Below are positions 19,067 to 28,925 of a stretch of 64,000 bases of DNA, piece by piece; positions within the stretch are counted from its first letter, which is position 1; every line of letters begins with the position of its first letter. The notes beneath the pieces were generated by a model. It had not been told where the DNA came from, ran no database searches, and saw only the letters and a list, made by a program, of their open reading frames with translations. Origin of the DNA: Lysobacterales bacterium (lineage in GTDB: Bacteria; Pseudomonadota; Gammaproteobacteria; Xanthomonadales; SZUA-5). A program made the position numbers and the translations under genes. The DNA lies in the NCBI GenBank assembly GCA_022844165.1, contig JALHMH010000011.1:1-64000 (forward strand), given 5' to 3'.

Positions 19067-19686
19067 TCCATCAGCATCTGTTTCTGCAGATCGGAAAGGA
19101 CCGGTTCTGGATCTGGTGCCCGATTCTCAAGTGAAAGCGCGGAGGTGTCGATCTTCGCGGGCCCGGCTTTAGGCGTCTTGTCGATCGGTCCGGTATCGGT
19201 CGCCAGGCTGATGCCGCTAAGATCAAAATGGCGCGGTTCTGGTTTCGCGAGATCGCCGATGGTCGCGCCCGGCGCCGCCAGGCTCAGCGCCGAAGTGTCG
19301 ATCTGCCGCTCAACGCGCGCTGGCGGCTCAATGATCTGCGCGCCGACGGGCGCCAGGGTCAGCGTGTCGGTTGTTGCCACCGGTCCGGGCGCAGCTGCCG
19401 GGGTAGGGGCGCTGGTCACGGAAACGGGGGGCGAAGGTGCAACCACGTCTGCTGTTTCGCCCATCACGGCCACCATAATGCCGGCGCCACGCAAGACCTC
19501 TTGATAACGCGCGGCGGCTTCTCTGCCCAGGCCCGTCTTGATCACTGTCTTCGGGGTATCGAGCATGTGATCGATACGCGTTGCATCGGTGCGGAACAAC
19601 TTTGCCAGATTGTCGCGCACGGCTGTTCGATCGAATCCGCTCAGGATCTTGCCGCGAAAGATGATCTGAAAAGTCGGCTCGCTCAT
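19063..19686 (-). CDS. Hypothetical protein: compact N-terminal domain, Pro/Ala linker, repeated D-x-S-x-L-S-L motifs
   Basis: ORF with coherent codon use whose stop overlaps the next start; N-terminus resembles domains seen on RDD/pilus-associated proteins (recalled). Confidence 0.7.
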   Translation of the reverse strand: MSEPTFQIIFRGKILSGFDRTAVRDNLAKLFRTDATRIDHMLDTPKTVIKTGLGREAAARYQEVLRGAGIMVAVMGETADVVAPSPPVSVTSAPTPAAAPGPVATTDTLTLAPVGAQIIEPPARVERQIDTSALSLAAPGATIGDLAKPEPRHFDLSGISLATDTGPIDKTPKAGPAKIDTSALSLENRAPDPEPVLSDLQKQMLME

Positions 19687-19807
19687 GGGTTCCGCTCGGT
19701 ATGCCTGTTCCGTGAGCAGTATCCCGCACCGCCGCGCCAGCGTGAAGTGCGCAGGGCGTTCTTCCGCACGTATAGTGCTGTCCATTGTCGATGAGCTGAG
19801 GCTGACG

Positions 19808-20989
19808 ATGGATTTTCGACGCATGCAAGATGTCGATCTGCGAGACCGGCGCGTGTTGATCCGTGAGGATCTCAACGTGCCGATCAAAAACGGCGCGATC
19901 AGCAGCGATACACGGCTCGAAGCGGCGTGGCCTACGATCGCCGCGGCCGCAGCGGCAGGTGCGCGCGTGATGGTGGCCTCGCATCTGGGCCGCCCGAAAG
20001 AGGGTGCCTTCGACGCCAGCGCGTCGCTTGCGCCGGTTGCGGCGTGGCTCAGCGCCAGGGCCGGTCGCGAAATTCGTCTGGTACGCGACTGGTTAGGCGG
20101 CGTGGAGGTCGCGTCCGGCGAGATTGTGCTGCTGGAGAATGTGCGCTTCAATGTCGGCGAAGAAAACGATGACCCCGCGCTGGCACAGACGATGGCAGCA
20201 CTGTGCGACGTATTCGTCATGGACGCATTCGGTACGGCGCATCGGGCGCAGGCTTCAACCCATGGTGTCATTCGATACGCCAGGACGGCGTGTGCCGGGC
20301 CTTTGCTCGCTGCCGAACTCGATGCCCTGTCCCGCGCATTGTTGTCGCCAGCGCGGCCGCTGTTAGCCATCGTCGCTGGTTCCAAAGTGTCGACCAAATT
20401 GGAGTTGTTGGGCAATCTTGTGGAGCGCGTCGATCAGCTCATTGTCGGCGGCGGTATTGCGAACACCTTCATCGCTGCAGCAGGTTATGCGGTTGGCAAG
20501 TCATTGCATGAGCCCAACCTGCTCGATCAGGCCAGAACCATCGTCGCCAAGGCCACTGCGCGAGGCGCATCGATTCCGCTGCCATTGGATGTGGTTGCTG
20601 CCGGGGCATTTGCTGCCGATGCCGCGCACCGCGTATGCGCTATCGATGCGCTAGAAAGCGACGAGATGATATTGGACATTGGTCCTGCCACGGCCGCGCA
20701 CTACGCATCGTTGGTGCATGGCGCGGGGACCGTGGTGTGGAATGGACCGGTGGGTGTATTCGAAATGGACGCGTTTGGAGCGGGGACCAAAGCATTGGCA
20801 GAAGCGATCGCTGCGTCGAGCGCATTTTCAATCGCCGGCGGCGGGGATACGCTCGCGGCCATCGAAAAGTACGGTGTGGGAGATCGCATCGGCTACATTT
20901 CCACTGGCGGTGGTGCATTTCTGGAATTCCTGGAGGGCAAAGAACTGCCCGCCGTGGCGGCGCTCAAGGCGGTGGCGAGTCCGGGCTAG
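19808..20989 (+). CDS. pgk: Phosphoglycerate kinase
   Basis: [41 protein letters not shown]. Confidence 0.98.
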   Translation: MDFRRMQDVDLRDRRVLIREDLNVPIKNGAISSDTRLEAAWPTIAAAAAAGARVMVASHLGRPKEGAFDASASLAPVAAWLSARAGREIRLVRDWLGGVEVASGEIVLLENVRFNVGEENDDPALAQTMAALCDVFVMDAFGTAHRAQASTHGVIRYARTACAGPLLAAELDALSRALLSPARPLLAIVAGSKVSTKLELLGNLVERVDQLIVGGGIANTFIAAAGYAVGKSLHEPNLLDQARTIVAKATARGASIPLPLDVVAAGAFAADAAHRVCAIDALESDEMILDIGPATAAHYASLVHGAGTVVWNGPVGVFEMDAFGAGTKALAEAIAASSAFSIAGGGDTLAAIEKYGVGDRIGYISTGGGAFLEFLEGKELPAVAALKAVASPG

Positions 20990-23235
20990 CCCCGCGGCCG
21001 CAACCGCAAGGTGTGCCGGGTCGGGCCTGCGAGCAACGGCGAAGCCCTGCCTGTTGACCAGTCCTCATGCCCTGCGCCATAAAACGGCGAAAGTGGATGA
21101 CCGCTCTGGCCGCCGGGCATATGAAAAATCGCCTGATCTTCGCGGCCCGGCGACACTACAAGGCGCTGGCTTGCGCCGAAGGCCGGGCCCTGCACACGCG
21201 GCATGTATTGGTCGCCGGGTAAGGTCTGGCTCGGCATATCGAGTAGCCAGGCAAGGCCGGGGAGGGCACCACTCAGCGGATGCCGAATCTGCGTTGCATT
21301 CTGATCGCCCCAGGTCGCCTGGCCTCGCGCTTCTCGAATGCGCTGGTCCAGTTCCACATCGTGCGCTGCAGTACGCAACAGCTCACCCCAAGATGCAAAG
21401 TTCCGGGCCAACAAATGCCGGGGTTGTTCCTCAAGCGCTTGTTCGACGGCGCTCTCCAGATGCGGCAGGCTCGGCCAGGACCACTGTTTGTCCAGGGCTC
21501 TGAGTGGTGCTTCGAACTGCGCCAGGAACAGCTTGTGTACACGCAACCGGAAGGCGCGAACAACCCGATAGGCGCGGCTTGTTGGATTTGCCCTTCCATC
21601 CCAGTCATTAAGTGCTTGCCGCAGGTTGGCAAAGTCGTCTGGGTTGTTGTTTAGAACCGACAGCAGACGCACTCTCCAGTGATTGAGGAACAACGCACGA
21701 TCGTCCAGTTGAATCGCCAACAGATCGCTCTCCGCAAACAGGCTCTTCGCCATCAGGCCATCGCGGATCTGTGCGGCTCTGGCGCCAATCGTATAGCCGC
21801 CATCGCCGATGGCGACCAATGCCTCGCCGTCAACGACGCGCGCATTGGCCGACCAAAGACGCGAGAACGCCGGGGAGGTCAGGCTCGGCGCTGTCTCCAG
21901 GAAGGTGTGTGGATCGCTGTCGCGTTTCGGCAGGCGTCCTGCCGGTGTCCAGGCTATCGTCCCGAAACGATCGGCGATCAGCGCGTTTTGCACCGGCATG
22001 CCCGCTGCGTTGAAAGTCCGAATTGCGGATTCCACATCGCGCGCATTCTCGATATCGATCAAGTGCATATTGACCGCCTCTGGCGAATGCGCCGTCCAGC
22101 GAAGTGCCAGTGGCGATCCGTCGCTGGCGATTTCAGTCACTGGCCCGTTTCGCGTCACGCGAATATCTATCGTCACCGGGTCCTCACCGCGAACCAGAAT
22201 GGTCTCGCGGAACAACTGGGCATCGCCAAGGACGACGGGCACGAAATCGAGCCAATCGCCATAACTATTGGTGAATCCCCAGGCGACATCGCCATTGCTG
22301 CCAACGACGACGGCAGGCGTGCCAGGCAAGGTCACGCCGACGACGCGGCGGCCGTCGATATGCAATTGGGCGCGAAACCAGATGTTCGGAACCCGCAAGC
22401 CCAGGTGCATATCGTTGGCCAGCAGCGCGCCACCATGGGTTGTGAGTGCGCCGACGACGGCGAAGTTGTTGCTGCCGATGCCCTCGCTGGCTGGCATCGC
22501 ATCGCCCGGAGGCAGCCGGACTTCCGTCGAGGACAGATCGAGATCCGAAGGCGAGGGCAGTGCAGCTGCCGGCAACCTGTCGCCCCGGATCGGCGCATCC
22601 CACCGCGATCCGGGTTGTGTCAGCCACGCAAAAACCGCTGGCGGCAGTGCATGCTGCATTCGCTCAAGCTTCAGTTCGCGGCTGTTGCTGGCATCCTGCA
22701 AATTGAAGAACATCGCCATTGCTGCCAAAAGTGAGTCTTCGATACGCCACGGCTCTGGGGATTGGCGAAGCAGGGCATAAGCGAATGGCCGCGCGCTGAG
22801 CGCCTCAAGGCCGGCATTCACGCCATCGACGTAACGTTGCAAGGTGCCACGATGTTGATCCGTCAGTGCCGCCAGATAATCACTGCTGCGCGCTCGAAAG
22901 CGATGTGCTCGGGCGCTTTTGTCGATTTCGAGTGCAGCATTGCCGAACAGCGCAGCCAGCTCGCCCGCAGCGCGCCGGCGCAACAAGTCCATTTCAAAGT
23001 AGCGCTCCTGAGCGTGCACATATCCCAGCGCATAACTGGCATCGTCTCGCGATGCGGCGTGGATCGAAACCGTGCCTTGCGCATCGCGCTCAATCCGCAC
23101 TTCGCTGTCGACACTCGCAAGAACGTCTCCATCCAGCGCTGGCAGGCTGGCGTGCAGCAGCAACCAGGCGCCGAGTATTGTGACGATCGCCGCAATCACC
23201 AAAATGGCGACGGCGCGCTTCAGCCAGCGCATCAT
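20986..23235 (-). CDS. Penicillin acylase family (S45, Ntn-hydrolase) protein
   Basis: [18 protein letters not shown] (N-terminal nucleophile Ser), [14 protein letters not shown]. Confidence 0.93.
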   Translation of the reverse strand: MMRWLKRAVAILVIAAIVTILGAWLLLHASLPALDGDVLASVDSEVRIERDAQGTVSIHAASRDDASYALGYVHAQERYFEMDLLRRRAAGELAALFGNAALEIDKSARAHRFRARSSDYLAALTDQHRGTLQRYVDGVNAGLEALSARPFAYALLRQSPEPWRIEDSLLAAMAMFFNLQDASNSRELKLERMQHALPPAVFAWLTQPGSRWDAPIRGDRLPAAALPSPSDLDLSSTEVRLPPGDAMPASEGIGSNNFAVVGALTTHGGALLANDMHLGLRVPNIWFRAQLHIDGRRVVGVTLPGTPAVVVGSNGDVAWGFTNSYGDWLDFVPVVLGDAQLFRETILVRGEDPVTIDIRVTRNGPVTEIASDGSPLALRWTAHSPEAVNMHLIDIENARDVESAIRTFNAAGMPVQNALIADRFGTIAWTPAGRLPKRDSDPHTFLETAPSLTSPAFSRLWSANARVVDGEALVAIGDGGYTIGARAAQIRDGLMAKSLFAESDLLAIQLDDRALFLNHWRVRLLSVLNNNPDDFANLRQALNDWDGRANPTSRAYRVVRAFRLRVHKLFLAQFEAPLRALDKQWSWPSLPHLESAVEQALEEQPRHLLARNFASWGELLRTAAHDVELDQRIREARGQATWGDQNATQIRHPLSGALPGLAWLLDMPSQTLPGDQYMPRVQGPAFGASQRLVVSPGREDQAIFHMPGGQSGHPLSPFYGAGHEDWSTGRASPLLAGPTRHTLRLRPRG

Positions 23236-23525
23236 TTGCCGTCGTCGCTGATGTAGCGCGGCCCGTCTCCTGCAGTCTTCTCATACACACCACCGCCGAC
23301 CTTCTTGTACTGCGTGAACCCGCGGCTTGCGAAGTGGTTTTCCTTCAACAAGTGGGCGTTTCCACCGACCACCGAGACTTTCGAGATGACTCGGACAACC
23401 GGGCTTGCGCACACGGGACAGGCGCTCAACTCCGCGTCGCTGATTTTCGCCAGCACCTCGAATCCGGATTCGCAATGCGAGCAGCTTTGCGCGATGTTGC
23501 TGGCACGATATTCGTATATGGGCAT
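23232..23525 (-). CDS. FmdB family zinc-ribbon protein
   Basis: MPIYEY, CSHC, CPVC. Confidence 0.88.
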   Translation of the reverse strand: MPIYEYRASNIAQSCSHCESGFEVLAKISDAELSACPVCASPVVRVISKVSVVGGNAHLLKENHFASRGFTQYKKVGGGVYEKTAGDGPRYISDDGK

Positions 23526-23679
23526 CGGCGGTCGGGTTCTGACGGGTTCATACAGTGTACCGGTTGACCCAATCGAATGCGCTCCGGACACGGGCAAATT
23601 GAGGCTCAACAGGGCGCTCCGAAGCTGATCAGAGGTTCCCCCGGCGCCGTTCGCCTATAACAAGATTGCACGAGCAGCC

Positions 23680-23711
23680 GACGGCGAAGCCACGGCATGG
23701 GCCTCGCCATC
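23680..23711 (-). terminator. Hairpin immediately downstream of btuB
   Basis: GACGGCGAAGCC...GGCCTCGCCATC imperfect inverted repeat; no clear U-tract. Confidence 0.4.
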
Positions 23712-23719
23712 AGTGTGAA

Positions 23720-25480
23720 CTACTCGCGATAACGTAGCGCCAGCCGCCATTGACGTCCAGGGGTCGCAAAGCCGCTCGCCAGTTGGTATTCCTCGTCGGC
23801 GGCATTCGTCAAACCGGTCTCCAGAGACCAGTGCGAATCGAACGCATAGCTGGCGCGAAGATCAAGCGTCGCAAAGCCATCCAGCGGGCCATCGAAATCG
23901 AAACGTTCGTTGGCATAACCGAGGCTGGCACCAACGCTGAAGTCACTGTCGATCAGGTAGTCGATGCTCGCGTTGAGCTTCCGTTTTGCGCGGCGCAGAA
24001 GCTGCGTATTACGCGACAGGTCAACCGGATTCTGCAAAGTGGCGTTGATGTTCCAGCGCCACGTGTCGCCGCCGGAGGCGTTCAGTTCCAACCCCTTGAT
24101 GCGTGCCCGGCGAACGTTGATCGCCTGGCTGCGTACGCCGGCGAAGGCAATCAAATCGTCGATGTTGTTTGTGAACGCCCGTGCTCGCCAGTGCCACGCG
24201 ACCAGATCGCCGTCGGCGCCAATCTCAAGCATTCGCGACCGTTCCGGTGCGAGAGTCGGATTGCCGGCAAAAAAACCGCCGAAGCCCGGCGAAAACAACT
24301 CATTGAAATGCGGTGCGCGAAAACCCTCGCCGACGCTCAGCAATGTTCGCCAACTTTCGCCGGTCTGCCATGACCACGCAAGCTGACCACTGGTTTCGCC
24401 GCCGAAACCAGAAATGCGATCGTAACGCGCGGCGGCCTCCAGACGGTGCGCTCCGAATTCGCCCTGCCATTGACCAAAGGCGCCTCGCTGCCAGCGCCGG
24501 CGGTCGAAAACTGCGTCGCCAAGGAGATCGGCGTTGAGGCCGCGCTCGCGGTTGAGAGCAACGCCGAATTGCCAGCGCTGCGATTCGCTGGTCTGTACTT
24601 GATGCAACCAGTCGAAGGTCTCGCGATCGGTGCTGAATACCGAAAAGAACGCCGGCGTTGTCAGGTCGTCGCGCGCGGAGGCGAACGCCAAACGCTGGCT
24701 GTAGCTATCGCTGGCAAAAAACTCGGCGCTCAGTTGCGCTTGTCGCTGTTCGATCTGCGATCGGCCTTGATCAAACTCGACGTCACCATCGCTGCCAGTC
24801 ACGAGGCCAGAGAACAACAGGCGATCGCCCGGCGCGAAACGCCCCTGCGCAGCGACGGAGCTGCGGCGCAAGCCGTCGTCATCGGGGTCGAAACTGAAAT
24901 TGTCCGGCGTGCTGGCATTGTAACCTTCGACGTTGCGCCGCTCGGCACTGACGCTAAGGCCATTGGCCGCATCGCCGAAGCCAAGGCTCACGGCGCCGCC
25001 GGTTTCGCCATCGGCTGCGGCGGTCAATGAGGCACGTGCGCCAGCGTCGCGGCGCGTAAAAAACTGGATCACGCCGCCGATCGCGTCTGAGCCATAGATC
25101 GCGGCACGCGGACCGCGCACCAGTTCGATGCGATCGATCAACTCGACGGGCAGTTGTTCGAAAGCGTATGCCCCGGTTGTCGCGCTGGCGACCCGCACGC
25201 CATCGATCAGTACCAGCGCATGATTCGAATTGCTGCCGCGCAAGAACACACTGGTCGACGCACCGGGCCCGCCGGTGCGGGCCACATCCACGCCGGGCAA
25301 TTGTCGGAGCACATCCATCACATCGTGCGCCTGCAGTCGATCCAGGTCATCACGCGTCACCACATCGACGCTGGCGAGCACGCGATCGACCGACTCCGGC
25401 CAGCGCGAAGCGCTGCTGATCACCGGCGGTTGTTCGCTGGCAGCGAAGGAAAGTTGAATAGCCAAAGCAAGAGAGAACAT
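23720..25480 (-). CDS. btuB: TonB-dependent vitamin B12 receptor
   Basis: Plug motifs (LRGSNSNH.LVLIDG, IELVRGP.AA.YGSDAIGGVI), beta-barrel C-terminus, upstream cobalamin riboswitch; start may be 25528. Confidence 0.9.
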   Translation of the reverse strand: MFSLALAIQLSFAASEQPPVISSASRWPESVDRVLASVDVVTRDDLDRLQAHDVMDVLRQLPGVDVARTGGPGASTSVFLRGSNSNHALVLIDGVRVASATTGAYAFEQLPVELIDRIELVRGPRAAIYGSDAIGGVIQFFTRRDAGARASLTAAADGETGGAVSLGFGDAANGLSVSAERRNVEGYNASTPDNFSFDPDDDGLRRSSVAAQGRFAPGDRLLFSGLVTGSDGDVEFDQGRSQIEQRQAQLSAEFFASDSYSQRLAFASARDDLTTPAFFSVFSTDRETFDWLHQVQTSESQRWQFGVALNRERGLNADLLGDAVFDRRRWQRGAFGQWQGEFGAHRLEAAARYDRISGFGGETSGQLAWSWQTGESWRTLLSVGEGFRAPHFNELFSPGFGGFFAGNPTLAPERSRMLEIGADGDLVAWHWRARAFTNNIDDLIAFAGVRSQAINVRRARIKGLELNASGGDTWRWNINATLQNPVDLSRNTQLLRRAKRKLNASIDYLIDSDFSVGASLGYANERFDFDGPLDGFATLDLRASYAFDSHWSLETGLTNAADEEYQLASGFATPGRQWRLALRYRE

Positions 25481-25602
25481 CGATAAGCTCCATGGTTGAT
25501 TCACACACCCGTGAATCAGGACCGACATGGAGCGGCCGCGCGATGTGCGCAGTTGTGTCGAATACGCCAGGCTGCCCACCGCAGCATGTCGGTCCCGATC
25601 GT

Positions 25603-25771
25603 CCTTAAGGCCGGTCTCCGGGCTTGCAGGCTGCGCTGATGCGCGATCGATTCGCCTTCCCGCGACATTCGCAGTGGACTATGAATCGACTTTGGCTTGC
25701 TTACCGTTGCGGGGGCAGCGTCCGTTTTCCACGGACTTCCCGTTTCACTCACCTGGGTGAGCACCTTAAGG
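25603..25771 (-). ncRNA. Cobalamin (B12) riboswitch
   Basis: On the minus strand: AAACGGGAAG..GCTGCCCCCGCAACGGTAAG..CCACTG..GGGAAGGC..GCCCGGAGACCGGCC, closed by CCTTAAGG ends; directly upstream of btuB. Confidence 0.95.
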
Positions 25772-25950
25772 TGCGTGGACAATACGCGAATTCGCAGGGC
25801 CGAAAGCCGCATGCTTCACGCGATAGGCGCGCAATGTGTGTCAAAGGGCTGGTTCAGAAGGGAAATTTCTTGGCAATCGACGGCATTCCGACTTGTTCGC
25901 ATCCGTTCAGATATGCACAATGTGCGCTATAGAGTGATGGAGTGGCCCGG

Positions 25951-26463
25951 ATGATCGATCCGGATGGCTATAGACCCAATGTAGGCATCGTGCTGATGCA
26001 CGACGATGGCCGGGTTTTTTGGGCGCGCCGCGTGCGGCGCGACGGCTGGCAGTTTCCGCAAGGCGGAATGAACAGCGATGAGACGCCAGAAGAGGCGATG
26101 TATCGCGAACTGCACGAAGAAACGGGGCTGCTGCCAGACCATGTCCAGGTGCTCAGCGCTACGCCGGGCTGGTTGCGGTATCGGTTGCCACGCCATTGCG
26201 TGCGCACGAATGTACGGCCCGTCTGTATCGGTCAAAAGCAAGTGTGGTTTTTGTTGCGCTTGACCGCAGACGAGGCCAACGTGCGGTTGGATTTGTGCGA
26301 ACACCCTGAATTCGACCTGTGGCGCTGGGTTGAGTTTTGGTATCCCTTGCAGCATGTGGTGAGTTTCAAGCGAGGTGTTTACGAGCGCGCACTGAAACAC
26401 CTCGCGCCTGCCGCAAAGCGTATTGTCGATGTGGAAGTATCGACGTCTGATTCGGTGCCGTAA
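25951..26463 (+). CDS. rppH: RNA pyrophosphohydrolase
   Basis: [19 protein letters not shown], Nudix box [21 protein letters not shown]. Confidence 0.97.
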   Translation: MIDPDGYRPNVGIVLMHDDGRVFWARRVRRDGWQFPQGGMNSDETPEEAMYRELHEETGLLPDHVQVLSATPGWLRYRLPRHCVRTNVRPVCIGQKQVWFLLRLTADEANVRLDLCEHPEFDLWRWVEFWYPLQHVVSFKRGVYERALKHLAPAAKRIVDVEVSTSDSVP

Positions 26464-26484
26464 TCTTGCCTGGTATCGGCAAAA

Positions 26485-27288
26485 TCAATTGCGCTGCCGC
26501 GACAGCGACTTTGGTAGTTCGATCTCCACCGTCACGGGCAAGTGGTCTGAGAGCTGCAAGCTCGGCGCCTCGTAACTGATCGGCCGTATCTCAGGCGATA
26601 ACAGGATGTGGTCGATCGAGCGCTCGGGATGCCATGCCGGGTAAGTGTTGAGTGCTTTCGGGCCAGGCAACGCCAGATTGTTGCGTTCTAGAAAGCGCTT
26701 GAAACCGGCATTCTGCGGTTGGCAATTGAAGTCGCCCATCAAGACACTGTGGCGATACGGCTGCAACAGTTCGGAGAGAAAATCGAACTGCCGACCGCGG
26801 GTTTGATTGCCCAATGATAGATGCGAAATCACCACGGCCAGCGCGTCTTTGCCTTCGCCGTAAACGGCTAACAGCGCGCCACGCCCAGCAATGGGCCCTG
26901 GCAACGCATGATCCTCAACCAGCGCGGGTTGCCATCGGCTCAACAGACAATTGCTCGATTCGGCGATTCGCCCGATTCGTCGGTTGCGTTGCTGCCACCA
27001 GTACGGGAACGCGGAGTGATCGGCCAGGTACGCGGCCTGATTCAAGAAGCCGGATCGCAAGCTGCCGCCATCAACTTCTTGCAAGGCGGCGATATCGACG
27101 TCGCGCAGCAGCCGCGCCAACGCCGACAAGTTTTTGTGTTTTCCGGTGTCTGGGAGAACATGGCGCCAACTGCGCGTCAAATACTCGCGGAATCCTTGTT
27201 GAGAATTGCCCGCATGGATGTTGAAGCAAAAAAGGCGCGCCGTGTTTGGGCGCGCCTTTTCGCCTACCGCTTTTGGCGATACCGTCAT
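26485..27288 (-). CDS. Endonuclease/exonuclease/phosphatase family protein
   Basis: FNI, ALQEVD, MGDFN, IDHIL, SDHLP. Confidence 0.92.
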   Translation of the reverse strand: MTVSPKAVGEKARPNTARLFCFNIHAGNSQQGFREYLTRSWRHVLPDTGKHKNLSALARLLRDVDIAALQEVDGGSLRSGFLNQAAYLADHSAFPYWWQQRNRRIGRIAESSNCLLSRWQPALVEDHALPGPIAGRGALLAVYGEGKDALAVVISHLSLGNQTRGRQFDFLSELLQPYRHSVLMGDFNCQPQNAGFKRFLERNNLALPGPKALNTYPAWHPERSIDHILLSPEIRPISYEAPSLQLSDHLPVTVEIELPKSLSRQRN

Positions 27289-27935
27289 GTGCCTTTGGCA
27301 GCGCGCTCTTTGGCGACCAGGAAATCGATCAAGGGCCCGACATTGGCATGCCCGCCGGCGCTCGAAACGTCGAAGCGATATTTGCCGTTGACGATCACCG
27401 ACGGCGTGCCTGTGACACCCCAGCGGGGGACCATCTGTTGCGAGCGGGTGATTTTGCTGTTCACGGCAAAACTCTGGGCCGCACTCAGAAAGGCCTCTTT
27501 GGTCACACCAAACTGCGTGTACCACTGAGCCACGGTATCCATCGACTGGAACGGGGTCTTGTCCTTATGGATGGCTTTGAACAACGGCTCATGCGACTTT
27601 TCGAGGATGCCCAGAACTTCGGCTGCATAAAACGCCCGGGCGAAGGCTTCGGCGCCACCATTCCATGCCGCGGGAAATCCGGAATAAGCGACATCGTTGG
27701 CTTTCGTGGCCTTCCACTTTTCGAGATACGGCTCCAAGTCGTAGCAGTGGTGGCAGGTGTACATGAAAACCTCCAGCACCTCGATCTTATTGCCGGAACT
27801 GGTCGGTTGCGCAGGCTCGATCGCGAAATAGTGTTTGCCCAATTCGAAGTTTGGGGCGGCAGCGGGAGCAGCAGCCGGTTGAGCAACGGCGATCGGGGCC
27901 ACGAGCGCGAACAGCGCAGCAAGCAAAAAACGCAT
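27285..27935 (-). CDS. dsbA: Thiol:disulfide interchange protein DsbA
   Basis: Signal peptide, CHHC active site, cis-Pro loop VTGTP, VNGKY. Confidence 0.93.
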   Translation of the reverse strand: MRFLLAALFALVAPIAVAQPAAAPAAAPNFELGKHYFAIEPAQPTSSGNKIEVLEVFMYTCHHCYDLEPYLEKWKATKANDVAYSGFPAAWNGGAEAFARAFYAAEVLGILEKSHEPLFKAIHKDKTPFQSMDTVAQWYTQFGVTKEAFLSAAQSFAVNSKITRSQQMVPRWGVTGTPSVIVNGKYRFDVSSAGGHANVGPLIDFLVAKERAAKGT

Positions 27936-28048
27936 CGTCAACATCTCCTTGTGGTTTGCACAACAGGCGCGCACTCAGCGCGCGATTCCTGTGATCGCCA
28001 ATGTGTCATGGTGTCCATGAAGACAGGCCCAACAAGCGCCGAAACGAC

Positions 28049-28684
28049 TCAAGGCTGCGCCGGGCTGAGTCCTTGAATATAGGACGCAAGCGCTTCGATT
28101 TCTTGATCGGTCAGGCCCTTCGAAACCTGCGCCATGATGTTGGCATGCGCGTCATCCGCGTCGCCGTAGATCGTGCCGTCGCGGAATCGGCGCAACATGT
28201 CAGCCGTGTACTGGGCGTGCTGATTGGCGATCGACGGATACATGGCGCCAGGATTGCCGAGGCCGGCCATGCCGTGGCACGCGGCGCACGCCGGCAACTC
28301 TGCCCGCCCGCCGCGATACAGGCTCTCACCTTTCGCGGCAAAGGCTTCATCCGCCAATTGCGGTTTGATGGGCTGATTGGCGAAGTATGCGCCTAGATCG
28401 GCCATGTCTTGATCGTTCAGCGCGACGACGAACGCTGTCATCACGGCATTGTCCCGCTGGCCGCTCTTGAACAGCGCCAGGTGGCGTGCTGTATAGCGCT
28501 CGTGCTGGCCGGCCAGATTCGGATATTGAGGATCGATCGCGTTGCCATCGACACCATGACACGCTGCGCAAACCGCAGCCTTGGTAGCGCCTGCCTCGGC
28601 GTCTCCGGTCACCGCCTGCCCATTGGCAACCGTCGCCGACGTCATCCACAGCGCACCGAGCGCCAGCCAAACTTGTGCCTTCAT
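28049..28684 (-). CDS. Di-heme cytochrome c4
   Basis: Two CAACH heme motifs, YPNLAGQ. Confidence 0.93.
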   Translation of the reverse strand: MKAQVWLALGALWMTSATVANGQAVTGDAEAGATKAAVCAACHGVDGNAIDPQYPNLAGQHERYTARHLALFKSGQRDNAVMTAFVVALNDQDMADLGAYFANQPIKPQLADEAFAAKGESLYRGGRAELPACAACHGMAGLGNPGAMYPSIANQHAQYTADMLRRFRDGTIYGDADDAHANIMAQVSKGLTDQEIEALASYIQGLSPAQP

Positions 28685-28925
28685 GCGTAACAGCCTCGAC
28701 CCGAAACGAAGAAAATGGTTCTCGCCCTCAAAGCGTACAACCAAAGCCCGCGATTCTACACACTCCCATTTGATGTTCCAGGTAAGCGGGGGCCAATCTG
28801 GACTTCGCCGACGCCTCTGTTAACGGCACGAATGATGCAGTTCGATGGGGCGATAATCAGGTGCCCGCCATCCAACAATCGTCGCCTGCGGCGGTCGTTT
28901 CCGGCCCCCGATGGTCGATTCCGGG

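Noticed and set aside
19687-20415. N-terminal extension of the 450-aa ORF 19063-20415
   Set aside because: Overlaps pgk on the opposite strand; protein-like sequence begins at Met 19686
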